A stretch of 64,000 nucleotides of DNA from Candidatus Eiseniibacteriota bacterium (GTDB taxonomy: Bacteria > Eisenbacteria > RBG-16-71-46), in contig JBGAOA010000008.1 in NCBI GenBank assembly GCA_044222065.1, positions 1 to 64,000 of the forward strand, given 5' to 3'. A program made the translations under genes and the position numbers. The notes beneath the pieces were generated by a model, which saw nothing but the letters and a program-made list of their open reading frames with translations, did not search any database and was not told the origin of the DNA. Every line of letters begins with the position of its first letter. Positions within the stretch are counted from its first letter, which is position 1. Shown here piece by piece: positions 50,460 through 59,477 of this stretch.

Positions 50460-51034
50460 GCGAACGCCTCGTCGAGACCACGAGCGGCGTCGTGCACCCG
50501 CCGGTGTGGCCGCTCCAGTCGAAGCTGATGCGGCTGCGCGACGCCGGACTCGTGCACGCGCTCGGCGGCAGCGCGCTGCTCGGCGCGCTCGGGCTCGCGA
50601 CGCGGGCGAACGACTGGGACGTCACGGTGGACGCCGACGTCGAAGCGCTGCGACGCGTGTTCGAGCGCGAACCGTGCGAGTACTTCGGGAACAGCGGCTG
50701 CCACGCGGACCACAAGCTCACGTGGCACGACGAGCGGATCGAGCTGATCCCGCGCATGGCGTTCTTCGCGCCGGACGGCATCGTGCGCATTCCGACGGTC
50801 GTCACGCGCAAGTGGGCCGGGCTCCCGGTCGGAAGCCCCGCGGCCTGGTACGCGGCCTACTGGCTGCTCGGCGCGCTCGAGAAGGACGACCGTCGCTTCG
50901 AGAAGGCGGCCCAGCTCGCCGCGTGGATCGCCGAGCACGGCGCCGATGCCGCCGGCGTGAGCGCGCTGCTCGCCGAGCCGCTGCCGGCCGAACTGCGCGC
51001 GGCGATCGAGGCGTTCCCGCTCGCGGCCGGCTGA
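50456..51034 (+). CDS. Nucleotidyltransferase-fold protein
   Basis: hGGS...NDWDV (GS plus DxD) Pol-beta-superfamily signature. Confidence 0.65.
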   Translation: MSERLVETTSGVVHPPVWPLQSKLMRLRDAGLVHALGGSALLGALGLATRANDWDVTVDADVEALRRVFEREPCEYFGNSGCHADHKLTWHDERIELIPRMAFFAPDGIVRIPTVVTRKWAGLPVGSPAAWYAAYWLLGALEKDDRRFEKAAQLAAWIAEHGADAAGVSALLAEPLPAELRAAIEAFPLAAG

Positions 51035-51047
51035 GCCGCGGCGCCGA

Positions 51048-51539
51048 TCAGCGCGCGTCGCGTTCCGCGAGACGGCGCATCGCGTCCGCCGTCATCGCGT
51101 ACTTCGTCCAGCCCTCGTCCGCGGGCCGGCCGCCCATGCGCTCGTAGAACGCGCGCGCCGGGTTCCAGTCGAGCACGTCCCACTCGAGCCGGTGGCAGCC
51201 GCGCTCGAGCGCGATGCGGCACACCTCGGCGAGCAGCGCTTCGCCCGCGCCGCTTCCTCGCGCGGCGTCTTCGACGTACAGGTCCTCGAGCCAGTGACGC
51301 GGGTTCGTGCGGAACGACGAGTACGTGTAGTGGAAGAGCGCGTAGCCGACGAGCCGTCCGTCGCGCTCCGCGACGACGCCTTCGATGCGCACCGGCTCGT
51401 CGAACAGCCCGCGCTCGAGCGCCTCGCGGGACCCGGTGAGGATGTCCTCGAGCTTCTCGAACGCGGCGAGCCCGTGGATCATCTCCCACACGCGCGGCAG
51501 GTCCTCGCGGCGCACGCGGCGGATCGCGAGCGCGCTCAT
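51048..51539 (-). CDS. GNAT N-acetyltransferase (SSAT-like)
   Basis: LEDLYV...[22 protein letters not shown]. Confidence 0.9.
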   Translation of the reverse strand: MSALAIRRVRREDLPRVWEMIHGLAAFEKLEDILTGSREALERGLFDEPVRIEGVVAERDGRLVGYALFHYTYSSFRTNPRHWLEDLYVEDAARGSGAGEALLAEVCRIALERGCHRLEWDVLDWNPARAFYERMGGRPADEGWTKYAMTADAMRRLAERDAR

Positions 51540-51955
51540 TCGCCGATCACCTTCACGAGCACGCGCTTCTTCCGTCGCCCGTCGAACTCGCCGTAGAAGA
51601 TCTGCTCCCAGGGGCCGAAGTCGAGCCGGCCTTTCGTGATCGCGACCACGACCTCGCGCCCCATCACCTGGCGCTTGAGGTGCGCGTCGGCGTTGTCCTC
51701 GCCCGTGTCGTTGTGGCGGTACCGGTCCGTCGGCGCGTGCGGCGCGAGCGTCTCGAGCCACGCGTCGAAGTCGTGGTGCAGCCCGCGCTCGTCGTCGTTG
51801 ATGAACACGCTCGCCGAGATGTGCATGGCGTTGACGAGCACGAGGCCCTCGGCCACGCCGCTCTTGCGCACGGCGTCCTCGACCTGAGGCGTGAGGTTCA
51901 CGAACCCGCGCCGCTCCGGAACGTTCATCCACAGGTACTCGGTGTGCGACTTCAT
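51536..51955 (-). CDS. YjbQ/UPF0047 family protein
   Basis: [36 protein letters not shown]. Confidence 0.92.
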   Translation of the reverse strand: MKSHTEYLWMNVPERRGFVNLTPQVEDAVRKSGVAEGLVLVNAMHISASVFINDDERGLHHDFDAWLETLAPHAPTDRYRHNDTGEDNADAHLKRQVMGREVVVAITKGRLDFGPWEQIFYGEFDGRRKKRVLVKVIGE

Positions 51956-52152
51956 GCGCGCTCCCACGGTGGTGAAGGACGAATGGCCGCGCATCCTGCA
52001 CGGCGCGCGGCGCGCTTGTCACGCGTGCGGCGTTGGCGGATCGGAACGCGTTTGCTAGCGTGCCGCCGGCACTGCACCGCACGGAAGCGCGGCACATCCG
52101 AAGGGGCGCTCCGCGGGCTTCGAGAACCGCCTTCAATCCAGGAGACAAACCC

Positions 52153-53379
52153 ATGTCGCGAAACGCCCTGCCCGAAGTCGTGATCGTCTCCGGCGCGCGC
52201 ACGCCGATGGCCGAGTGGATCGGCGGAAAGCGCGGCGACGGACTGCCCGGCGGCGCGCTCGCGAACGTCTCGGCACTCGATCTCGGCGCCGCCGCGGCGA
52301 AGGCCGCGCTCGAGCGCGCGGGCCTGCCACCCGCGGAGATCGGACACGTCGTGATGGGCAACGCGCTCCAGACCTCGGGCGACGCGATCTACGGCGCGCG
52401 CCACGTCGCGCTGAAGAGCGGCGTGCCGATCGAAGTGCCGGCGCTGACCGTGAACCGGCTGTGCGGCTCGGGGATCGAATCGGTCGCGCAGGCGGCGATG
52501 CTGCTCGAGCGCGGCGACGCGGCGTGGGTGCTCGCGGGCGGCATGGAGAACATGAGCCAGGCGCCGCACGTGCTGCGCGGCGCGCGCGCGGGACTGCGGC
52601 TCGGCCCCGGCGCGCCGCTCGAGGACTCGCTGTTCGTCGCTCTGCGCGACAGCTACTGCGGGCTGATGATGGCGCAGACGAGCGACAACCTCGCGAAGAA
52701 GTACGGCATCACGCGCGAGGCGCAGGACGAGTTCGCGCTCCGCTCCCACCGGCTCGCGAACGAGGCGAACACGAACGGACGTTTCGCCGAGGAGCGCGTC
52801 GCGGTCGAAGTGAAGGCCGGCAAGAAGAGCGCCACGGTGGAAGCCGACGACCACCTGTTCCCGAGCACTTCGATCGAGAAGCTCGCTTCGCTGCCGAGCG
52901 CGTTCGGTCCCGACTCGAGCGTCACCGCGGGCAACGCGTCCGGCATGGTGGACGGCGCGGCCGCGCTCGTCGTGACGACCGCCGCGAAGGCGCGCGCCGC
53001 GGGCAAGTCACCGCTCGGCACGGTGCGCGCGTGGACGTCGGTCGGCGTGCCGCCCGACGCCATGGGCATCGGCCCCGCGCCCGCGATCCGGCGCGTGCTC
53101 GAGATCGCCGGCGTGAAGCTCGAGCAGGTGGACCTGTTCGAGATCAACGAGGCGTTCGCCGGGCAGTTCCTCGCCGTCGAGAAGGAACTCGGCCTCGATC
53201 GCGAGCGCGTGAACGTGAACGGCGGCGCGATCGGGCTCGGCCATCCGCTGGGTGCCACCGGCGCGCGCCTCCTCTACACGCTGCTCGTCGAGCTCGGAAA
53301 GCGCGGCAAGCGCTTCGGCGTCGCGAGCGCCTGCATCGGCGGCGGCCAGGGCATCGCGATGCTGGTGGAGCGGAGCTGA
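52153..53379 (+). CDS. Thiolase (acetyl-CoA C-acyltransferase)
   Basis: VNRLCGSG, TAGNASGMVDGA, EINEAFA, NVNGGAIGLGHPLGATG, CIGGGQG; GGAG RBS. Confidence 0.95.
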   Translation: MSRNALPEVVIVSGARTPMAEWIGGKRGDGLPGGALANVSALDLGAAAAKAALERAGLPPAEIGHVVMGNALQTSGDAIYGARHVALKSGVPIEVPALTVNRLCGSGIESVAQAAMLLERGDAAWVLAGGMENMSQAPHVLRGARAGLRLGPGAPLEDSLFVALRDSYCGLMMAQTSDNLAKKYGITREAQDEFALRSHRLANEANTNGRFAEERVAVEVKAGKKSATVEADDHLFPSTSIEKLASLPSAFGPDSSVTAGNASGMVDGAAALVVTTAAKARAAGKSPLGTVRAWTSVGVPPDAMGIGPAPAIRRVLEIAGVKLEQVDLFEINEAFAGQFLAVEKELGLDRERVNVNGGAIGLGHPLGATGARLLYTLLVELGKRGKRFGVASACIGGGQGIAMLVERS

Positions 53380-53962
53380 CGCCGGAGCGTTCGGGTCCGG
53401 CGCGCGGCGGTTCGCCGTCCGCGCGCCTCGCCTCGCCCGGAAGCCACATGTCCTCGAAGAAGAACGCGGCGAGCTCGGCGCGGCCGGCGAGCCCCGACTT
53501 GCGGTAGACCGCGACCGCGTGCTGGCGAACGGTGCGCTCGCTGCGCTTCGTGAGCCCCGCGACTTCCTTGTGGCTGTAGCCCTTGAGCAGGAACAGCGCG
53601 GTGTCCTTCTCGGTCGGCGTCAGCGCCCACGCGTCGAACTGGCCGTCCATCGCCTCGCCGAGCCCGCGCAGCGCCGTCTCGGCACGCGCGCGCCACGCGT
53701 CACGCTCCCCCTTGTGCCGCTCGAGCGCGTCGCGCACCCCGACGAGCGAGCGTTCGGCCCTGAGCCAGCCGAAGCCGAGCACGGCGGCGGCGGCGATCGC
53801 GAGCAGGCTGAACGCCAGCTCGATCACCCCGTGGGCGCCCTTCCACACGCGCGGCGAGTCCGACAGCAGGTCCCAGCCGCCGACGATCGCCATCGCCGCG
53901 AGCAGCACGGCGACGACGAGCAGGATTCGGGGCGAGCGGTCGGGCGAAACGGGGTCCGTCAT
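53144..53962 (-). CDS. Membrane-anchored LuxR-type HTH regulator (2 TM + HTH)
   Basis: Two TMs with H.VIE, then QFDAWALTPTEKD...LLKGYSHKEVA...SERTVRQHAVAVYRKSG...RAELAAFF. The 3' end is uncertain because the ORF runs antisense into the thiolase. Confidence 0.8.
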   Translation of the reverse strand: MTDPVSPDRSPRILLVVAVLLAAMAIVGGWDLLSDSPRVWKGAHGVIELAFSLLAIAAAAVLGFGWLRAERSLVGVRDALERHKGERDAWRARAETALRGLGEAMDGQFDAWALTPTEKDTALFLLKGYSHKEVAGLTKRSERTVRQHAVAVYRKSGLAGRAELAAFFFEDMWLPGEARRADGEPPRAGPERSGVSSAPPASRCPGRRRCRRSRRRSACRAFRARRAACRGGARRWHPADGRARSRRRSRSRARDRGRVPSRRRGTARRTPR

Positions 53963-54099
53963 TTGTCGGAGGTGAAGGGCCGGAACGAGTTGCGGGCGCA
54001 CTCTACGTCACCTGCCCGATTCCCGGCCACGTCGTCGAGCACTAGCCTTCACACGGGTCGCAGGACTACACCTTCACCGTTCCCACCCGGAGGACTCGA

Positions 54100-54708
54100 A
54101 TGAACGGCTCCAAAGCGCTCGGCCTCGGCGTCGGGCTCCCGCTCGCGCTCGTCGCCTTGATCCAACTCGTCCCCTACGGCCGCGAGCACACGAACCCGCC
54201 GATCGGCGCGAAGGTCGCGTGGGACTCCCCGCGCACGGAAGCGCTCGCGCGCCGCGCCTGCTACGACTGCCACAGCAACGAGACGAAGTGGCCGTGGTAC
54301 TCGAACATCGCTCCGCTCTCGTGGCGCATCCAGGGCCACGTGAACGAGGGCCGCGAGAAGCTCAACTTCTCGGACTTCCAGCCCGGCAACGAGGACGTCG
54401 CGGAAGCGGCGGGCGAAGCGGCCGAGACCGTCCAGAAGGGCGAGATGCCGCTCTCGGACTACCGGATGGCGCACGCCGAGGCGCGACTCACGCCGGCCGA
54501 GAAGCGCGAGCTGATCGCGGGGCTCGAGAAGACGTTCGCGGCGTTCGGCGAGGGCGGCGAGCGGGGCGAAGGCGGCGAGCGCGGCAAGGGCGGCGAGGGC
54601 GCGGCGGTCCGCTCCGGCGAGTCCGGCGAGCGCGGCGAGAGCGAGGCCGAGGAACGGCGCGAGCGCGAAGGCCGCGGCGAACGCGGCGAGTCGAACGAGC
54701 GGCGCTGA
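54100..54708 (+). CDS. Haem-binding (Haem_bd) c-type cytochrome with Gly/Glu/Arg-rich tail
   Basis: N-terminal TM, NPP, ACYDCHSN (CxxCH), WPWYS, LNFS, GEMP..Y...H; GGAGG RBS. Confidence 0.88.
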   Translation: MNGSKALGLGVGLPLALVALIQLVPYGREHTNPPIGAKVAWDSPRTEALARRACYDCHSNETKWPWYSNIAPLSWRIQGHVNEGREKLNFSDFQPGNEDVAEAAGEAAETVQKGEMPLSDYRMAHAEARLTPAEKRELIAGLEKTFAAFGEGGERGEGGERGKGGEGAAVRSGESGERGESEAEERREREGRGERGESNERR

Positions 54709-54759
54709 AACGCAGCGGCGCCGCGAGCGCGATCCGCTCGCGGCGCCGGCGGCGAATCG

Positions 54760-56694
54760 TCAGTTCGCCGACAGGTCCTGGATCGTCGCGGGCGGGATCG
54801 TGTCCGCGCCGGTCGAACCCTGCTCGTACGCGCCGATGTCCGGCGCCGAGCCCGCGAACGCGTCGTTGATGCCGGGCAGGCGGATCGCGGCGTTCACGGC
54901 CGGGCTTCCGGTCCGCAGCGTGTAGTCGCCAGCGGCCGAGTTCGTGAACATCGGATCGCCGCTCTTGCCGCTCGCCTCGAAGCCCGTGGCCGAGCGGAAC
55001 GCGGCGATCGTCGCATACGCGACGCCCTTCCACACGACGAGCGATCCGTAGTTCACGACGTGCAGCAGGTCGCCGTCGAACGAGCAGCCGGTCTGGCTCT
55101 CCCCCGCGTCGTCGCCGATCGAAGGCTGGCCGTTGCCGACCATGATGTTGTTCAGCCAGTGCTTGTTCGAGTACGGCCCGGTCGGATACACGGGGCCCGT
55201 GCCGCCCTTCGGGCTCGAGATCGTGTTGTGCGCGATGATCGTCTCGCCGTTCGACGTGATCGAGAGCTTGAAGCCGCCCTTGCGGAAGTTGTGGAACGTG
55301 TTGAAGAGCACGTATTCGGGGCCGATGTTGTTCGGCGCGATGCTCATGCAGTTGAGCGGGTCCTCGACCCAATTGCGGAAGCACCGGTAGTTGATGCCGC
55401 CGAAGTCCTCGGTCTCGAGCGCGTCGTCCGCGACGCCGATCACGCGGTTGTCGTGCATGTCGGTGTCGGCGGCGACGTCCTCGGTGCTCGTGTCGCCGCC
55501 CGAGTCGATGCCGTCGAACGTGCCGCGCACGGTGTTGTAGCGGATGACGTTTCCGCGCCCGCCGCGGTGCGAGATGCCCTGCAGCTCCTCTTCGTGCGCC
55601 TTCGTCGCGTTCCAGGGCCAGCCCGAGATGCGCGTATCGCGGCACACGTTGTACTCGACCAGGTTGTTCGCGGCGCCGACGCGCAGGTAGATCCCCTTGC
55701 CGCCGATGTTCCAGATCGAGTTCCCGATCGCCTCGCAGTTCGTCGAGCCCCGCAGCGACAGCCCCGCGGCGGCGGTCGTCGTGCCGTAGTAGCGGATCTC
55801 GAAGCCGACGACGCGCACGTAGGCGACGTCCACGTAGCCCGCCATGTCGTAGCGCGCGACGTGCGTCGTGCGGCCGTTCGGCGAGGCGCCGTCCTCGCGC
55901 TTCACGTACAGCCGCCCGCCTTCCGCGGCCCAGCCCTGCGTCATCGCGTTCGCGTTCGCCTGCAGGTTCGCGAGCGTCGTCTGCTTGTAGAGGCGCATGC
56001 TCGAGTCCGCCACCACGAGGCGCGTCGCGCCGGTGAACGGAACGCTGAAGACGCCGCCGCCGTCGTCGCGCCAGTCGGTGCGCGCGAGGTAGGCCGGGTC
56101 GGAGCCGTCGAGCACGACGCCCGGGCCGTCGGCGACGAGGTGGATCGGGCTACCGGCCGTGCCCGAGCGCGGCGTGTCGAACGTCTGGTAGTAGACGCCG
56201 GCGCGCACGCGCACCTGGTCGCCGGGCTGCGCCGCGTTGAGTCCGGCCTGCACGGTCGCGAAGGGCGCGGCGCTCGAACCGGGGTTCGAATCGCTGCCGT
56301 TCGTCGCCACCCACCAGACGGCGCCGGTGGGCGACGACGGCAGGCGGTCGCGCGTGGTGGCCGAGCCCGTGGCCGTGCCGCCGCCGTCGGGATCGGTGAT
56401 CGTGACGCGCACGTCGTAGCTCGTCGCCGGCGAGAGCCACAGCACGCTTCCGGCCCAGCGCGGGCCCGTGATGCGCGTGAGCGACATGCCGGTGTGCCAG
56501 TTCGCTTCGCTCGTGGCCTTCCAGTCCACGCGGGCCGTCGCGTTCGCGTTCGCGTCACCCGTGTAGGCGAGGCGGACGCCGAGGCTCTGATGCGTCGCGT
56601 ACACCTCGAGCGCGCCCGCGGTCGAAGCGTTCTGGGCGGCGGCCGGGACGGCGACGAGCAGTGCGAAGACGGCGGTGATCAGGGCTCGGTTCAT
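54760..56694 (-). CDS. Secreted right-handed beta-helix protein (FN3-like N-domain, DUF1565-like)
   Basis: Signal peptide, WLSPATSYDVRV, VATNGSDSNPGS..PFATVQ, PGD.V.V..GVY, Asn-rich repeats, APDIGAYE. Confidence 0.8.
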   Translation of the reverse strand: MNRALITAVFALLVAVPAAAQNASTAGALEVYATHQSLGVRLAYTGDANANATARVDWKATSEANWHTGMSLTRITGPRWAGSVLWLSPATSYDVRVTITDPDGGGTATGSATTRDRLPSSPTGAVWWVATNGSDSNPGSSAAPFATVQAGLNAAQPGDQVRVRAGVYYQTFDTPRSGTAGSPIHLVADGPGVVLDGSDPAYLARTDWRDDGGGVFSVPFTGATRLVVADSSMRLYKQTTLANLQANANAMTQGWAAEGGRLYVKREDGASPNGRTTHVARYDMAGYVDVAYVRVVGFEIRYYGTTTAAAGLSLRGSTNCEAIGNSIWNIGGKGIYLRVGAANNLVEYNVCRDTRISGWPWNATKAHEEELQGISHRGGRGNVIRYNTVRGTFDGIDSGGDTSTEDVAADTDMHDNRVIGVADDALETEDFGGINYRCFRNWVEDPLNCMSIAPNNIGPEYVLFNTFHNFRKGGFKLSITSNGETIIAHNTISSPKGGTGPVYPTGPYSNKHWLNNIMVGNGQPSIGDDAGESQTGCSFDGDLLHVVNYGSLVVWKGVAYATIAAFRSATGFEASGKSGDPMFTNSAAGDYTLRTGSPAVNAAIRLPGINDAFAGSAPDIGAYEQGSTGADTIPPATIQDLSAN

Positions 56695-56940
56695 GCGGTG
56701 CGGTGACTCCCTCGGAAGCGTTTCGCCCGGAGCGGCCGTGCGCGATGCAAGCTTGCGGCTCGAGCGCGCACTCTAACCCGCGGGGCGCGGTCCACGAAAC
56801 AAGTTCCGGGCCACCCGGCGGGTGGCGGACCGCCGGTCCGATCGCACGCGGCGGCGCGCCGCAAAGCCTTGCCCGGCTTCTCGCCGCGCGCGTACTCTGC
56901 CGCACGTTCCCGACCGCGACGCGCGCTCCGGAGGCCTCCG

Positions 56941-58182
56941 ATGGACGATCGTGAACTGATCTACGACTGGAATCTGGCCGACGAGCAGTACGAGCGTCCG
57001 CCCTTCCGGATCCAATTCGACGACGAGACGCTGCGCGACGGGCTGCAGTCGCCGTCGGTCCGCTCCCCAGCGATCGAGGACAAGATCCGCCTGCTCCACC
57101 TGATGGAGCGGCTCGGGATCGACACGGCCGACATCGGCCTGCCGGGCGCGGGACCGCACGTCGTGAAGGACGTCACGCGGCTCGCCCAGGAGATCGCGAA
57201 CTCGCGGCTGCGCATTCAGGCGAACTGCGCCGCGCGCACGCTGCGGCACGACATCGAGCCGATCGTCGAGGTCTCGCAGAAGACCGGCATCCCGATCGAA
57301 GCGTGCACGTTCATCGGCTCCTCGCCGATCCGCCAGTTCGCCGAGAACTGGACGCTGGACGTGATGCTGCGTCACACCGAGGACGCGGTCACCTACGCGG
57401 TCTCGGCCGGCCTGCCCGTGATGTACGTCACCGAGGACACCGTGCGCGCGCACCCCGACACGCTGCGCGCGCTGTTCCAGACCGCGCTGCGCTGCGGCGC
57501 GAAGCGGCTCTGCCTGTGCGACACCGTCGGCCACGTCATGCCGAGCGGCGTGCGCAACCTCGTTCACTTCACGCAGCACGTGATCCGCGAGACGGGGCTC
57601 ACGGACATCGGGATCGACTGGCACGGGCACAACGATCGCGGCCTGTCGGTGATCAACACGATCGCCGCGATCCGCGCCGGCGCGTCGCGCGTGCACGGCT
57701 GCGCGATCGGCATCGGCGAGCGCGTCGGGAACACGCCGATGGACCAGGTGCTCGTGAACCTGCGGCTCTTCGGCTGGATCGACAACGACCTCACGGCGCT
57801 GCCCGAGTACTGCGAGCTGACGAGCCGCACCACCGGCGTGCCGATTCCGCCGAACTACCCCGTCATCGGTTCCGACGCGTTCCGCACCGGCACCGGCGTC
57901 CACGCGGCAGCGGTCATCAAGGCGTTCCGCAAGGGCGAGGACTGGCTCGCCGACCGCGTGTACTCGGGCGTGCCCGCGGGAATCGTCGGCCGCCGCCAGG
58001 AGATCGAGGTCGGGCCGATGAGCGGCGAGAGCAACGTGATCTTCTGGCTCGAGCAGCGCGGCATCGAAGCGACGCCCGAGCGGGTGAAGGCGGTGTTCCA
58101 GCGCGCGAAGAGCGTGGACCGCGTGCTCACCGACGACGACATCCGCGCGGTCCTCGCGTCGCTGGACGAAACGCGCGTCTGA
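56941..58182 (+). CDS. leuA: 2-isopropylmalate synthase family (LeuA-like, no regulatory domain)
   Basis: DETLRDGLQ, CDTVG, HGHNDRG, GIGERVGN; GGAGG RBS. Confidence 0.75.
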   Translation: MDDRELIYDWNLADEQYERPPFRIQFDDETLRDGLQSPSVRSPAIEDKIRLLHLMERLGIDTADIGLPGAGPHVVKDVTRLAQEIANSRLRIQANCAARTLRHDIEPIVEVSQKTGIPIEACTFIGSSPIRQFAENWTLDVMLRHTEDAVTYAVSAGLPVMYVTEDTVRAHPDTLRALFQTALRCGAKRLCLCDTVGHVMPSGVRNLVHFTQHVIRETGLTDIGIDWHGHNDRGLSVINTIAAIRAGASRVHGCAIGIGERVGNTPMDQVLVNLRLFGWIDNDLTALPEYCELTSRTTGVPIPPNYPVIGSDAFRTGTGVHAAAVIKAFRKGEDWLADRVYSGVPAGIVGRRQEIEVGPMSGESNVIFWLEQRGIEATPERVKAVFQRAKSVDRVLTDDDIRAVLASLDETRV

Positions 58183-58228
58183 CCCTGTTCGCGCGGGCCC
58201 GCCGCGCGTCACGACCGGAGAGCGAACG

Positions 58229-59296
58229 ATGACGAAGCGCTATCGAATCGCCGTGATCTCGGGCGACGGCATCGGCCCCGAAGTGGTGCGCGAGGGGCTG
58301 CGCGTGCTCGACCGCGCGGCGTCGCTCGAGGGCTTCGGCGTGGAACTCACGCACTATCCGTTCGGCGCCGAGCACTACCTGCGCACGAAGGAGGTCTTCC
58401 CCGACTCGGCGTTCGCCGAGATCCGCGGGCACGACGCGATCCTGCTCGGCGCGATCGGCGATCCGCGCATCGAGGTCGGCCTGCTCGAGTTCGGGATCAT
58501 CGCGAAGCTGCGATTCGACCTCGACCTGTTCGTGAACCTCCGGCCCGTCAAGCTGTACGCGGAGCACCTCTGCCCGCTCAAGGGCGTCGGTCCCGAGCGC
58601 GTGGACTTCGTCGTCGTGCGCGAGAACACCGAGGACGCGTACGCCGGCATGCGCGGCTTCTTCAAGAAGGGCACGCCCGACGAGGTCGCGACGCAGGAGA
58701 TCATCTTCACGCGCAAGGGCGTCGAGCGCGTGATCCGCTACGCGTTCGAGCTCGCGCGCTCGCGGCCGCGCAAGAAGCTCACGCTCGTGGACAAGGCGAA
58801 CGCGATCCGCGCGATGGACCTGTGGACCCGCGTGTTCGCCGAGGTCGGCGCCGAGTACCCGGACGTGACGCGCAACCACCAGTACATCGACGCCGCGTGC
58901 ATGTACGTCGTGCGCGACCCGCAGGACTACGACACGGTCGTCACGAGCAACATGTTCGGCGACATCTTCACGGACCTCTCGGCCATGATCCAGGGCGGGC
59001 TCGGCGTCGCGGCGAGCGGGAACCTGCACCCGGGGCGCGTCAGCCTGTTCGAGCCCATCCACGGTTCGGCGCCCGCCTTCGCAGGACGAAACGTCGCGAG
59101 TCCGATCGCGACCGTGATGGCCGTCTCGATGATGCTCGAGTACCTGGGCGAGGTCCGTGCCTCGCGCAGGATCGAAGCCGCCGCCGCTTCCCTGTTGCGG
59201 TCCAAGCGCTTGCCCTCCGTGGGCACCGACTCGGGCGTCGGCACCGATCGGATCGGCGACTGGGTCCTCGAGGAACTGGCGGCGATCGAAGTGTGA
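58229..59296 (+). CDS. leuB: 3-isopropylmalate dehydrogenase family
   Basis: GDGIGPEV, VNLRPVK, VRENTE, VDKAN, NMFGDIFTDL, FEPIHGSAP. Confidence 0.85.
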   Translation: MTKRYRIAVISGDGIGPEVVREGLRVLDRAASLEGFGVELTHYPFGAEHYLRTKEVFPDSAFAEIRGHDAILLGAIGDPRIEVGLLEFGIIAKLRFDLDLFVNLRPVKLYAEHLCPLKGVGPERVDFVVVRENTEDAYAGMRGFFKKGTPDEVATQEIIFTRKGVERVIRYAFELARSRPRKKLTLVDKANAIRAMDLWTRVFAEVGAEYPDVTRNHQYIDAACMYVVRDPQDYDTVVTSNMFGDIFTDLSAMIQGGLGVAASGNLHPGRVSLFEPIHGSAPAFAGRNVASPIATVMAVSMMLEYLGEVRASRRIEAAAASLLRSKRLPSVGTDSGVGTDRIGDWVLEELAAIEV

Positions 59297-59477
59297 GCCG
59301 ATCGCGGTTGGCCGGGGCCGAACGGAGCGGATCCCTCCGCTCGTCACAACGGCGCGAGACCGCTTTCTGTCGTTGAGGGCGCCGCGGAGCACCCACTAAG
59401 ATAGTGCGCTGCGCGCCACCCCGGCTGGCCTGCCCGAGTCCGCGCGGCGATCGCCGTCGTTCACCACGCTCCGCCCC

